A stretch of DNA of 64,000 nt from Octopus bimaculoides (taxonomy: Eukaryota), in contig NC_068984.1 of the NCBI RefSeq assembly GCF_001194135.2, forward strand, positions 29,279,821-29,343,820, in the 5' to 3' direction. Shown in pieces: positions 39,190-52,323 of the stretch. A program made the position numbers and the translations under genes. Positions within the stretch are counted from its first letter, which is position 1. The number at the start of each line of letters is the position of its first letter. The notes below the pieces were generated by a model. The model worked only from the letters and a program-made list of their open reading frames with translations. It made no database searches and was not told the DNA's origin.

Positions 39190-39237
39190 CTGTGCAGCAC
39201 GGATCTTGAGAGAGTAATTACTTGGATAGGACCGCAT
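39061..39237 (-). CDS. Candidate small ORF/exon MRSYPSNYSLKIRAA-Q33-PVWQTDSIIL*
   Basis: 33 consecutive Gln codons (18 CAG, 15 CAA, finely interspersed). ATG has A at -3; upstream TTTAG| acceptor; TT|GTAAGG donor at 39065/39064 just before the stop. Confidence 0.3.
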
Positions 39238-39528
39238 GATTTTTCACTAAATATACATAATTAATAACCTTCCGAGTTACGCAGAACAGGCTTATTGCAA
39301 TATCCTCATCGGACATACTGCGAACTAGTTATTACTGACACGCGCTCACGCACACACGCACAAACATAAACTCACGCACATACGTACAAGGCGGTGCATA
39401 GAAACATAGATACGCACAGAGACACATACGCAAACGTGCATCTACAAATATACGCGTAAACACGCGGAGATACAAACATATACTAACATACACACAACCA
39501 TACAGTTACTCGTACACACACACACAAA

Positions 39529-39573
<45 letters not shown>

Positions 39574-39689
39574 AGATAGTGATACAATTCATAAATTGTT
39601 CTCCACCTCATAGACACCTATACAGTCCTGCACACAAAGACATACATTAAGACATAGGCATCCACATACATATATACACAAACGCATAT

Positions 39690-39890
39690 TCTTTTACTTG
39701 TTACAGTCATAAGACTGCAGCCATGCTGGAGCACAGCCTTGAGGAATTTTAGTCGGTCGAACTAACAGACTCCAGTATTGTTTTGAAACCTGGTACTTAT
39801 TCTATTGATCTGTTTTGCCGAACCGCTAAGGTACGGGGATGTAAACACACCATCACCGGTCGTCAATCGGTGAGTGGTACACATACATAC
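39690..39890 (-). mobile_element. SINE family A, 3' half
   Basis: TTTTACTTGTTACAGTCATAAGACTGCAGCCATGCTGGAGCAC tail homology. Confidence 0.8.
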
Positions 39891-40264
39891 ACAAAGATAC
39901 ACATACACAAATNNNNNNNNNNNNNNNNNNNNNNNNNNNNNNNNNNNNNNNNNNNNNNNNNNNNNNNNNNNNNNNNNNNNNNNNNNNNNNNNNNNNNNNN
40001 NNNNNNNNNNNNNNNNNNNNNNNNNNNNNNNNNNNNNNNNNNNNNNNNNNNNNNNNNNNNNNNNNNNNNNNNNNNNNNNNNNNNNNNNNNNNNNNNNNNN
40101 NNNNNNNNNNNNNNNNNNNNNNNNNNNNNNNNNNNNNNNNNNNNNNNNNNNNNNNNNNNNNNNNNNNNNNNNNNNNNNNNNNNNNNNNNNNNNNNNNNNN
40201 NNNNNNNNNNNNNNNNNNNNNNNNNNNNNNNNNNNATCATCCAACAATAATGAATCAGTCATAA

Positions 40265-40590
40265 GGTGGCAAGCTGGCAGAACCGTTAGCACGCCGGGTG
40301 AAATGTTTAGCGGTATTTCGTCTGTCTACGTTCTGAGTTCAATTTCCGTCGAGGTCGACTTTGCTTTTCATCCTTTCGGGGTCGATAAATTAAGTACCGG
40401 TTACACACTGGAGTCGATGTAACCGACTTAATCCGTTTGTCTGTCCTTATTTGTCTCCTCTATTTTTAGCCCCTTGTGGGCAATAAAGAAATAAGAAACG
40501 TTAGCACGCCGAGCGAAATGCTTAGCGTTATTTTGTCTGTCTTTATGTTCTGAGTTCAAATTCCGCCGAGGCTGACTTTACCTTTCATCT
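40265..40590 (+). mobile_element. Two tandem SINE family B copies, the second truncated
   Basis: GCAAGCTGGCAGAACCGTTAGCACGCCGGG head; GAGTTCAA(A/T)TTCCG B box occurs twice. Confidence 0.9.
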
Positions 40591-41370
40591 TTTCTGCCAC
40601 TCTCCTGACGCAGGGCAGCACTACCTCCAAGCACTTGATATGGGCCTCCGTGTTGAGTCTGAGGTCGTGTGGTAAGATGAATGGAGGTATAGTGTTGCCA
40701 TCACTAGTGATGACTACAAACACCATGATGTTGACTGGATGTTTGATTTTTATCACTCGCGGTACATGTTTTGGGGACATGGCAAGCCAACGACTGTTCT
40801 GTGTGTTCACCATCTGAGCCTGACAGAAATTTTCTTCGTCTGAGAAAAGCCAAAGCATGTTCGTTTGAAGGGGATACTTGAGTTTGGTATTTCTACTTGT
40901 CCTTGATGACTTGGGATAAAAATTGACCCTTTCTCATCTTGTATGACGAATACCGAATGTCTTTATGCACTACCTGCATGATAAGAAACTCCCTAGCGAT
41001 GGACCTGAATGCCTTAGAAGGATTGTTGTGCACCATGGCCTGGATTTCAATAGCAAATTCAGGATTTCTTTTCTTATCAGAACAATCAGTGAGTTTTCCA
41101 AGATGCTGTACCTTCGTAACCTCCATTAGCCTCATCCAACTCTTTCCGAATCCTCTGAACTGTCCTCAGGTTGACACCCAAACACTCTGAAATGCTCGTA
41201 TTGGAACTTCTGGAGCGAATGCTAAGCAGTACTGCATGTCGTTTCCAAATTTCTGGCGTCATGGTGCTGTTTTGCTCACAGACGATACCCAACTGAAGTA
41301 ATACCAACCTTGTAGTAATATCTGCATGTCTGACAAGCTCGTCCTTAGAGTCTCTGTACATTATTACAAT
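40590..41370 (-). pseudogene. Disrupted Tc1/mariner (maT-like) transposase, N-terminal two thirds
   Basis: Fragments ISECLGVNLRTVQRIRKEL (HTH), RYSSYKMRKGQFLS and WLFSDEENF...KHPVNIMVFVVITSDG...PPFIL. The C-terminal Asp residues are missing, so the DDxD spacing cannot be counted. Confidence 0.88.
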
Positions 41371-41569
41371 ATTACATTTTGCTACTTTAAGTTATTCCAC
41401 TACAGACGACAGGCGAAGTTGTAGCTGTCCCGATCTTATGTACAGACCTATTGAAGTGAAGTTTGGGGGGGCACACCTAGCCATCTTCGGGAGTATTTAT
41501 TTAATCTTATTCTGCACACTTTCCACACTTGTCATCGGAATATCATACAGCGTCAACAACCATATGAGT

Positions 41570-42257
41570 CTTGGGAGCAGTCCGTGTTGGTAGAGCCGTG
41601 CCCTGAACTTTTCTAGAAGCCCTGATCTATCAATCCGTATCAGCCTCCTCTGCTTGTTTCACGGTGTTGGGGACATTGCTTCTGTCTGACAGCAACTTGT
41701 CAAACATCTTTCCAAGACATTTAATAGGATTTTCCTCTATTGATGGAATGGCTTCTCTTTGTACTTGCAGCCTGATTTTGTTGGTTACTGTGCCTCCCCC
41801 ACCCCGATCACCATGCACTTCGATCTTTTGGGCTTAAACCTCATTCTTGCCCATGTCGCCATGTGTTCTAGTGAAGTCAGCACTCTTTATACATCCACAT
41901 GGGTTGCAGTTGTTACCGTAATATCATCCATGAATCCCCTTATTGAGTGCTGACAGCTGCCTGATTTCATAGTTGATCCTTAGGCTTCTCTATCAGCAGT
42001 TGATATGAGGAGAATCATAACCGCGATGAACAGAATGGGGGAAATCGTGCATCCAGTCAGGATTACTTTCTCAACGACTTTCCACCAAGTAGCTGGATGC
42101 ATCCAAAATAACTGCTGATTATTCCCTTGAAATACGGGGGAATATAATAGTAGTCAAGGGCTACATTTATGAGGGAATGCGGAATTGATCCGTATGCATT
42201 TTCTAGATCCAGCCAAACCACTGTCAAGTTACCTTCACTTCTCTTAGCCTCTTGCAT
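41570..42257 (-). pseudogene. Decayed non-LTR retrotransposon RT, R2 group (HERO-like)
   Basis: RT motifs VVWLDLENAYGSIPH, TGCTISPILF, GFMDDITV and IKCLGKMFD in order; frames broken. Confidence 0.85.
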
Positions 42258-42344
42258 CAGTATGTATGTGTGTGTGTGTGTGAATATATATATATATATA
42301 TATATATAAAGTGTAGTATATTGCCACTTAAGTGTGGCTGACCC

Positions 42345-42446
42345 CTAGGGGTGGATGTTACTGTTGCTTTTAGCCCCAGGAGGACATCTCCTCCAGCTGG
42401 CTTATCGACACACGACTGTGTCCTGTTTGCCAAGGGAGTTATCCCT
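42345..42446. mobile_element. Single arm of a foldback element related to 29084-29356, truncated by a gap
   Basis: TTTAGCCCCAGGAGGACATCTCCTCCAGCTGGCTTATCGACACAC matches TTTAGCCCCAGGAAACATCGTCTCCAGCTGGCTATACGACGCAC. Confidence 0.75.
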
Positions 42447-42916
42447 NNNNNNNNNNNNNNNNNNNNNNNNNNNNNNNAGTATATGCATATATACGTACAG
42501 GTATGTGCATACCGACATCCACCTGTATGTATAGGTGCATATCTGGGTACAGGACATTGCAAACAAAACGTAGACGAGAAAACACACAAGCCACATAGAG
42601 AACATTCTACTTCATCAGCTACCCACGTTTTAACACCGGCGTTTCGACGAGCTTGGGCAGGACGCATCGTTAAAACGGCTCATCCCACGGACCGCAGATT
42701 AAATTTGTATACGCAAATTAAATCTTGCCATGGAGGAATGTAGTGGCGGACAAAAAACAAGACAGGAAAACAAACAGAAAAGGCTTTACGGCCAGACGAG
42801 AAAAATTATGTGTGTTATATATATATATATAACTTGTCATAGTGAAGTCAAGCCAAATAGTAGTATTTAGAAAATATTTAATACGTACGTTCCAGTTCTG
42901 CGTAATATGTTGCCTC

Positions 42917-43297
42917 TGAATTTTGGCACAAGGCCAGCTAATTCAGGGGTTGGTGGTGGTAAGTTCATTACATCAACCCCAGTGTTCAGATTTTACTTAT
43001 TTTATCGATCCACAAAAGATGAAGGGCATAGTCGACCTCGGCGGAATTTGAACTCAGAACGTAAAGACTGACGAAATACCGCTAAACATTTTGCTTGGCG
43101 TGCTGACGATTCTGCAAGTTCGCTCATCCCATTTAAGGTTTGCGTCATATATATAACAGGAAATATTCCTCCGAGTTCGACCTTACCTTTCATTCCTTCG
43201 TGGTCGATATAATAGGTACCAGTTGAATACTGAGGTCGATGTAATCGACTTAACCCTCTCTCGAACTTGTTGTCATTGTGCCAAAGTTTGAAATCAA
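42917..43297. mobile_element. Inverted pair of SINE family B: minus 42917-43125, plus 43162-43297
   Basis: Two oppositely oriented copies about 35 bp apart. Confidence 0.85.
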
Positions 43298-43822
43298 TAT
43301 ATAGGAGGAAATGCATCCATTACATAAGACCTCTCTCAGTTAAAACATTTCGAAATCTATGCGCGCGCATTAGTGTGTGTATGTTTCATATCTGTATCTG
43401 TATGTATGTATGTATGTATATATACATACATACATACATACATAAATATATATNNNNNNNNNNNNNNNNNNNNNNNNNNNNNNNNNNNNNNNNNNNNNNN
43501 NNNNNNNNNNNNNNNNNNNNNNNNNNNNNNNNNNNNNNNNNNNNNNNNNNNNNNNNNNNNNNNNNNNNNNNNNNNNTATATATATATATATATATATACA
43601 TGTATACGCACATACATTCATACACACATACGTACATATATACATGTGTGTGCATGTGTGCGTGTGTGTGTGTGTATGTGTGTGTGTGTGCGCGCGTGTG
43701 TGTATGTATGTGTGTGTGTGTGTGTGGTAGCAGATAATTTTCATTGAACCAAGGAAAATATTTCCTTTAGTTGTTCTATCTTTCTATCTATCTATCTATC
43801 TATCTATCTACATGCACGCACT

Positions 43823-43872
<50 letters not shown>

Positions 43873-44029
43873 CACCCATCCACACCCACACACACACATT
43901 AAAGTTAAGGACGAGAAACGATGAAAGATCACTTTGGCAGTGCGCTAGAACACACAAGCGCAATTTCGGCCACCCCACCCATATATCAGAGGAACATACG
44001 GTGTAAGACAGATAGAAGGAGAGATGGTG

Positions 44030-44170
44030 CCAGGTACGTGTTTTATTGATTAAGAAAGGATGAAAGGCAATATTGGGTATGGCAGGATTTGAACTTATAA
44101 CACTGAGAGCCGGGATAAATATCGGAAGGCATTAATGCATTCTTTACGATGCTCTGATGATTCTGAATAT
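44030..44170 (-). mobile_element. SINE family B, degenerate
   Basis: GAAAGGATGAAAGGCAA...GGCAGGATTTGAACT core. Confidence 0.65.
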
Positions 44171-45124
44171 CGAACGATGTATGTATGTATGCATGTATGT
44201 ATGTATGTATGCATGTATGTATGTATGTATGCATGAATGTAAGTATGTATGTATGTATGTATGTATGAATGTATGTATGTATGTATGTATGTAAGTATGT
44301 GTATAAGTATGTATACACACATATGTATGTATATATACTCACATATGTACTCACACATAATACAAATGATATATATATATACATACATACATACATACGT
44401 ATATNNNNNNNNNNNNNNNNNNNNNNNNNNNNNNNNNNNNNNNNNNNNNNNNNNNNNNNNNNNNNNNNNNNNNNNNNNNNNNNNNNNNNNNNNNNNNNNN
44501 NNNNNNNNNNNNNNNNNNNNNNNNNNNNNNNNNNNNNNNNNNNNNNNNNNNNNNNNNNNNNNNNNNNNNNNNNNNNNNNNNNNNNATATATATATATATA
44601 TATATATACAAATGTATATACACATATATACATGCACATATATATGTATGTATATGTATGTATTTATACATATATAATATAATATAATATAATATATGGT
44701 TACACCGACATAGGCACATATACATACGCTTACATTTATATATTCATGCGCATATGCAGATACACACCGATAGGTTATGGGCTTCAACACGCATGAGTTG
44801 TGTGTTTCATCAACCTGCATGCTTTTATGCCTGATACGTAACAGAAGAAAGTTGCGGCTGAATTGAAAGGAATAAGATATAATATTATAAAACATTCTTG
44901 CCACGTTTCGATATCGTTTCTCATGTATCAATGCATCGGACATGTCTCTCGTTTAATGTTCACAAAACAAATTTGTATGAAGCCGTAGTAACAACAGCCA
45001 GTCTCACTCTCACACTCTCTGTTACACACACACATATACCCACAGTGCGCTGACACATGCACCTTTGTATGTATGTATGTATGTATGCATGTATGTATGT
45101 ATGTATGTACGTTTCTGTCTGTCT

Positions 45125-45160
<36 letters not shown>

Positions 45161-45181
45161 ATTATGTATGTATGTATGTAC

Positions 45182-45242
<61 letters not shown>

Positions 45243-45839
45243 CTTCTACCTACCTGTTCGTCTCCATGTCTGTATGCCCATGTTTGTCTATGTACATGTA
45301 TGTGATTTATATATATACATTCCCGCACACACGCATACACAGTCACACACGCACACACACAGATATTGAGTCACACATACACACGTACGCACACATACAT
45401 AAATAATTGAAATATTTGTATATTGTTCTATAATCCCCTGAAAAATGAAAAACAAATGCATGAAAATTTCTAAAACAGGTCAATGGTTAGAACTATTACG
45501 TGGTATTTTTATATTCTAATGTTAGGACCCATTCTTCAGGAAATCTACGGAGATTTTGCTGAGAACTGATGCCACTGCTCTGCAAAAAATTTCTCCGTGA
45601 CACTGACATCTACCATCTTTGATGAAGGTCCGAAAAAAGCCGAAAATCAATTAGTTTTTTTAATTTAGGGGCAAATAGGCAAATTCGTTGTGTTTGTATG
45701 TTTAATACTTAGGGTTACATATGATATATCATACCTCGATACGTTGAGGACAAGGTTTCTCGTAGTCAGGCTTCTTATATTAAAAGAAGTATCAATTAAC
45801 TATTAACTGATCTTATTGTACTATACGTTATATACTGTA

Positions 45840-46125
45840 AAGTAGCAAGCTGGCTGAAGCGTTAGCTAAGCGACGTTTTACTCTGGGTCTGTGTTCAAAT
45901 TCCGACGACGTCAACTTTGCCTATACTAGGGTCGATGTAATCGACTTGCTCTTTTGCACAAATTTCAGGTGTTGTGCCTATAGTAGAAAATCTTATTTCT
46001 TTTTATTGTGAAGGCGGGGATCTGGCAGAACTTTTAGTACGCTGGACAAAATTCTTTGAGGCATATTGTCTGAGCTTTTGTTCTGAGTTCAAATTCAGCT
46101 GAAATCAACCTTGCTGATAAAATAT
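45840..46125 (+). mobile_element. Two partial tandem SINE family B copies
   Basis: GCAAGCTGGCTGAAGCGTTAGC and GGCGGGGATCTGGCAGAAC heads with GTTCAAATTC B boxes. Confidence 0.75.
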
Positions 46126-46559
46126 GCATCAGGCAAGTATTGGCGTCGATAATATATATACGAGACAAGTACAGGATCCAATGTAACCAACTTACTTTTT
46201 CGCTTAAAAGCTGTTGGCCCTGTGCAAAGTTTTGGCACAGGGTCAGCAGTTCATGTTTTCAAATACCATCTCCATACTTCTTTACGCTCCAATCTCACAT
46301 AATTGACTTTGCTTTCTTTTTTAAAAATGTTATCCAATTTGGATCGATCAGTCAAGAAGTTGCACCCTGTAATCTAATGTGCCCAGCCATGAAGGTTTTA
46401 GGAATTTCTCTTAAAATATAATTTCGGTTTTCTGTTTTAAAGTGGATGGGAATAGCTTAGTTTTAACTAATACTTGTAATCAGATCTTTAACATTTTCTT
46501 ACAAAATTATTACTGGATGACCATGCAGATATGTAATCTATGAACTAATGCATATAAAA

Positions 46560-46800
46560 AAAGATAGGGATAAAGAACATCCTGAAGCCATATAGATTCG
46601 CACGGCCAGTTTCTCGGTTTCCGTGGCGTATATATTCCCAATTTGAACAAGATGCCGGTCCGTCGCAGGATTACTTATATAGATCAGCCGAGTGGACTGG
46701 AGCAACATGAATTGAAGTGTTTTGCTCAAATACAGGAATCGAAACTACAGTGTTACGATCACGAGTTTAAAACGCCTGACCACTTAGCCACACACCTCCA
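46560..46800 (-). mobile_element. SINE-like family D
   Basis: tRNA-like head on the minus strand (TGGAGGTGTGTGGCTAAGTGGTC..GTTTCGATTCC); body shared with 37050-37220. Confidence 0.6.
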
Positions 46801-47604
46801 TTAAGAGTTACTATAAAAATTAGTTATTAAAACACCTCCTAGAAGGCATCGTTTACGCCTCGACCTGATAAAATAGCAACACAATCCCACTAAAATCACA
46901 TCTTTCTCTCTTAAAAGAGGTAGGACATAACAGATAACGTGATCCTAGATAGATTAAGATAAGATAAAAAGACATGATGGTTATGGCAGCATAGCCTTTA
47001 ATCATCGGCTTGATTCTTCAGTGTTATCATGGGGTTCAAACTATAGCATGAAAGTCAAAGAAGCATAGACAAAATACAAAGAGACAAGCAACAGATATTT
47101 GCTAGTAATGGCGTAGATCATTCCATATAAAAATCCTTAAAATAGATAGCTAAATATAAATTATTCAACGTTAAATTTGGACATAGGATAGGATGTTCTG
47201 AGAAATTGATATGGGATTTATAATGTGCAGCAAGTGTCATGGGATATATTGATAGGCTATTGGGAATCTCTCTTAACATACTGTGCCCACAGAAGGAAAT
47301 TTAAAAGAAAAAAAAAAAAAGATGCCATTGATCTTTTATAGTGTGTGATATAAAGATTCGCTCGTATAAGGATCAAACGTTCTGCTCAACTCACGTTTCT
47401 GTACTAATAATGTATTCGGCAGCATACATGTGTGCATACGCAGGCTACTCATTAACAAGTTAAAGTGACAAACTGTGAACATTTAAACACAAGGGAATCA
47501 GGCTATCCTAAAGTATTTCTTAGGAAATGTTCCTGTGTACCTACCTACCTACCTACCTACCTACATACATACATACATCATACATACATACATACATACA
47601 TACA

Positions 47605-47637
<33 letters not shown>

Positions 47638-48299
47638 TGAAAGTCTTCGAGGAATAAGTGTCAAAATTTGACATCCACAAATATAATCAAATCCCTAGAG
47701 CTCCAAACTTTACAAAAACGTGTGACTAACTTGAAATTCTTTGCTTAACTTAAGGACAGGTAAACCGTGTACTGTGTGCCTTTAGCATTTATAAACATAA
47801 CAATTTGTAAGCAAATAACCAAGGTTTTCTTCTCAATGACACATCAACTGGTAGCTAGCCAAAATTTCTAGTAAATCATAATTAGCAGACAACAAGCAAA
47901 CTAAAGTTGCTGCTACTAATATATTGATAAAATTGTCGGAATTATTTAAGGAAAAACGAAGTATTGTACCTTCCGATTTCATATTTCAGGTAAATTTGAA
48001 AATAAAGGATGACTTAAGTAAGGAAAAAAAAAAAAAAACACCGTTGCACACACACGTGCACACAACACATACTCACACGTATTTCAAGTTATTGTTCTTG
48101 AGTAAAATCACTACGACTCAATAAAAGGACGCAATACAGAGAAAAGTAAAGTGTATTTATATTTAAATGGATACTTTGAAACAATACTTTGTGTTGAAAC
48201 ACTTGTAAGGCTCTGATCAGAAATACTTTCTGATGCGACATATTCCGACCTTCAGAGATTAATCATTTCCCTTACACATGATTGCCAAACTTTGGTTTA

Positions 48300-48524
48300 A
48301 CAATCATGAGCCTGGGTATTAGTGAAGCTAGAAGTTCCAGTATCGATGGTCATACTCTGCAATTGGTGGATGAAATCTCATACTTAGGACTGAAGGCCGC
48401 CAAGCCCTATCACTGAACCTGGGGAAAGTTACCACTGCCATGATCAAATTTTCCAAGAGAGTGTGCGTAAATAACAAGCTCATCACAACCACCCAAATTG
48501 CACTGTATTGAGTTCTCTTTCCTC

Positions 48525-48578
<54 letters not shown>

Positions 48579-48990
48579 CTAAACAACATACATACAACAC
48601 GAGAACCCCCTCACCAGAAGCTATTTGCAATATCTACATCGGATCTTAGGCCTCTAGTAAGAGAACTGAATGCCAAGTAAGGACTTATTGAACCAGGCCA
48701 CAATGTTAAACATGTATATCTTACTTATTACGCCTGCCGCATGAAGGATGGCGGCATCCCTAAGGATATCTTTCCATGGGACAGTGCCCGGATACGGATC
48801 AGTAAGACACCTACCATTGCTTTACGGAGATGTTTGCAAAATTGCTCAGATAAATGAGAAATAAATATATCAGAAAAGTTCCAAATCGTTGTAACCGGTG
48901 CAAGGATGCGTGTGAAGCGGTGATTGCCACTGAAGAGAATTTAACCCAGCTGTATTTGAATAAAGGAATGAGAAAAAGGATAGCCTCGGC
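48300..48990 (+). pseudogene. Decayed RTE-clade LINE ORF2, C-terminal region, split by (AG)n
   Basis: SIDGHTLQLVDEISYLG, GKVTTAMIKFSKRV and RMKDGGIPKDI resemble RTE/BovB-type IDDHTLEVVDKFTYLG...RMEDGRIPKDIL. Confidence 0.8.
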
Positions 48991-49135
48991 CCCAATCATC
49001 CAACTGAACCGTGTTCATCAGTGCCAAGGACCACCACTTAAAGAATTGGGTTGTTCAGTTATGAATGATTTTGCTTCTACGTTTGAATTGGGGCGCGTCT
49101 ACTGCCTACTCAAGCAGACAGAGCCATTAGTACAC

Positions 49136-49232
<97 letters not shown>

Positions 49233-49542
49233 GAGAGTTACTGAAAAGGTAAAAGGTCACTAGAACGTCTCGGAAGTCCAAGAAGTAAACTGAGATAAAT
49301 ATTTCACGTTTCAATCTGTTGTTTATTTTAAAAAAGTCTCTCTTCTCCGTTTGTTTAATTAACATAGATATATAGTGAAAGCACCGAGTGAACGGGTCGT
49401 TGTGCACTCTGTTTAAATATCTCGATCTGATGAACTGAAAGAATTTTACTGCTTAAGTTCATGTGAGTCTGTCTACCCACGACAACGACGACGACGACTA
49501 CTACCACCACCACTACCATCACCACCATCACCTCCTCATTCT

Positions 49543-49578
<36 letters not shown>

Positions 49579-49819
49579 TTACAGCTTGTAGTAGTAAGTA
49601 GTGCGCATACACTCCCAAATACACGCATGCACACACACACACATACGCCCCCCCACACACATACACGCGCACACATGTAACGGTTGTCGGCTTTTCGTAC
49701 TTTTTAAATGCATAAGTATGTACGTATGTATGTTGGATATATGTATGTGTGTGTGTGTGTGCGTGCGTGTGTGTGTGTGTATGTATAGCATATTGTAAAA
49801 GTTGTAAAGTGTTTTAGTT

Positions 49820-49965
49820 TCAAATGTTGGCATAGGGCTAGCGATTTCATGGGGAGGGGGTAAGTTGATTACATCGACCCCTGTCCTGAACTGGTACTTA
49901 TTTTATCGATCCTGAAAGGATGAAAGGTGAAATCCACCTCTGCGGAATTTGAACCCAGGACATAA
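49820..49965 (-). mobile_element. SINE family B
   Basis: TTACATCGACCCC..GAACTGGTACTTATTTTATCGATCCTGAAAGGATGAAAGG. Confidence 0.85.
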
Positions 49966-50259
49966 ACAGGTGTAGCATTATATGGATACTTTACACAGTG
50001 CAAACGTTATCTGATATTGAACTCAATACATTGGCTAAAGTAGATAGATATGTTTATCGTGATAAAAGTTGGCGATCCATTCTGAATTCTACCCCAGACT
50101 GGAGCAGAATGCCAACTAGGGTGTGGGTGGAGGAATGAAGAATGATGAAATTATTTGCGCTTTACATTTGTGTGGGCTGACTTCAGAAGAGTTTGTATGG
50201 ATGGGATGATCTGTCTCAAGTCATCTGTTTATGTTTATTTATATATTATGTGTACTTAA

Positions 50260-50424
50260 TTTAGCGGAATTTCGTCCGTCTGTATTTCTGAGAGCAAATT
50301 CCGCCGAGTTCGACTTTGCCTTTCATCCCTTCGGGGTCGATAAATAAAGAACCAGTGAAACACAAGGGTCGATGTAATCGACTAGTCTCCTCCCCAAAAT
50401 TTCAAGACTTGTGCTTATAGTGGA

Positions 50425-50430
<6 letters not shown>
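50260..50430 (+). mobile_element. SINE family B, 5'-truncated, followed by (ATT)n
   Basis: CAAATTCCGCCGAGTTCGACTTTGCCTTTCATCCCTTCGGGGTCGA. Confidence 0.88.
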
Positions 50431-50472
<42 letters not shown>

Positions 50473-50476
<4 letters not shown>

Positions 50477-50576
50477 TAGTTTTATTTTTATAACGTGCTT
50501 TCACTTCACTACCGAGCGCAGCTCTGTGCGCCTTGGGTATGTGCTGTGGTTTGCTGTGGTGCTCTTATGTTTACTG
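50473..50576 (-). mobile_element. Short 3' end of a non-LTR element embedded in (TAA)n, possibly R4/Dong-like
   Basis: 104-bp unique segment flanked on both sides by (TTA)n; minus strand ends ...GCACGTTATAAAAATAAAACTACTGAATAATAAT. Clade assignment is inference. Confidence 0.45.
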
Positions 50577-52248
50577 ATTATTATTATTATTATTATTATC
50601 ATTATTATTATTATTATTATTATTATGAATATTTTGTAAATAATGTAAGTATTAGTCAAGTACTAAGGTTGTTGTGATCGACCATACTCATCCACCGAAA
50701 TATTTGGCCTTGTGCCTAATTTGGAAATCATTATTATTATTTATCCCGTTCGCCTACAAAAATGTGTTTAATGCCAAGTAAATTGCAATATCGACATCAT
50801 CGTCATCATTATCAGCTGTAGCAATAGGAGAAATATTTGCAGTAGCTGTCGCAGTAGATATAACAGCAACGGTGGTAACAGATTGCAAAAACATATGAAT
50901 GTAGTCAGCCAAAAATTTGACAGAAATTTTCTCATTGGCAGTGGGCCATATTTCGGTCGATTGGCTATCACGTCAGATAATTGCAGTCTTAAACAAAAAC
51001 AAATCTGTTTAAGAGACCAATTCTACAAAATGATGATCTCTTAGTGAAACTATATACTCTACAGACGATACAAAGAACTAATTTGACCCACTTCCAACCT
51101 AATAAATATATAAAGAGTGAATAGAACAAGTGAATAAATAAATAAATAAAAATGAAATCAATCAACCCTGCAGACATTTGTTGGTGAAACCTTCTGCTCA
51201 TGAAAACTTTTTCTAATTTATTTATTGATGATACAGTTTCGATAAATAAGATTTCCTTTTTCTAGGCATAAATACAGCCTTTGTTGAAGAAGTATATGGT
51301 CAATTGAATTTATTCCGATATTTACTGGTACATAGGTCTTCAAGGATACATATTTGATCAATTCCAGATAAATAATTGCCGTAGTGAAATTTCGTCATAA
51401 AACAGAGACCATAATTAAAGTTTGCAAGGTATTTCGTCCGGCGCTCTACTGCTTAAGTCAAACTGCCGTCCTTTCTTTGATAAACATGACTGCTGCAATT
51501 GTTCAGAATTATTTTTATTATGATGATTCTATACAAGGTTAATTTTTGCTAAGGAATGGTTGTATTTAATTGAATCTACGCCATATGATGATGTAATAAA
51601 CCTAATAAACTAAACTAAAGCAGATATAAAAAAAAATAAAATTATATTGCAATTCGAGGAAGCTAGTGATGGCCTACGGTGGCAAAGCAGTTAATAATTT
51701 TCTTTAAAAAAATGTATATCTTAGAAGAGAAACAGAGGCGCCCATGATCGAGACAGGCAAAGCAAGACAGAAATCATGTGTAATGGGTTACCTTCATACC
51801 AGACATCTGGTTCGAATGCTTCCAACAGAGTGATCCTTGTAAAAGGTAGCCAAATAAAAGTGTTGTTGTCAAAGAGGCTGACGGATCAAGTTCGCTGCTC
51901 AAATTATATATACCAAAATTCATGCACGGTGAAATGCGGGTAGCGTTCGTTGGATTCTGATAGCACTACTTTCTTCTCTGAATCACTTTCATAAATTAAA
52001 TTACTCTCGGATTTAAACTCAAAACGGGGAGAAAATAAATTCATGCACGTTATTTAATTTGGTGCTTTCCTGGTTTCACTATTTTAATGTCTTTTAATGG
52101 TAATTTTTAAAAATTAGATGAGGGACAACATTTGCTGGGAATATTGCTGATCGAATCTACCCCAGTATATTTACAGTTGCTTATTTCATAGATTCTAATG
52201 TTATGAAAGACGAAAGTATTTCGGCAGGATTTGATCTAAATAATTAAT

Positions 52249-52323
52249 GAGCATCTCACTGTTATAGAGCATCTCACTGTTATAGAGCATCTCACTTAGA
52301 GTATCTAAGTGAGATGTTCTATA
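52249..52323. repeat. 18-bp tandem repeat (about 2.7 copies) ending in a 20-bp hairpin
   Basis: GAGCATCTCACTGTTATA at 52249 and 52267, partial at 52285; arms 52281-52300 and 52304-52323 match 19/20 around the loop GTA. Confidence 0.95.

Noticed and set aside
38897-39217. Poly-Cys or poly-Ala/Val ORFs on the plus strand
   Set aside because: Antisense readings of the CAG/CAA tract; only the minus-strand Gln frame is kept as a candidate.
42610-42660. GAAAC...CTGATGA on the minus strand (type-II hammerhead order)
   Set aside because: Stems I and II cannot be formed.
49368-49462. Exon-like segment with a good acceptor and GTGAGT donor
   Set aside because: Stops in all three frames; at most a non-coding exon, untestable here.
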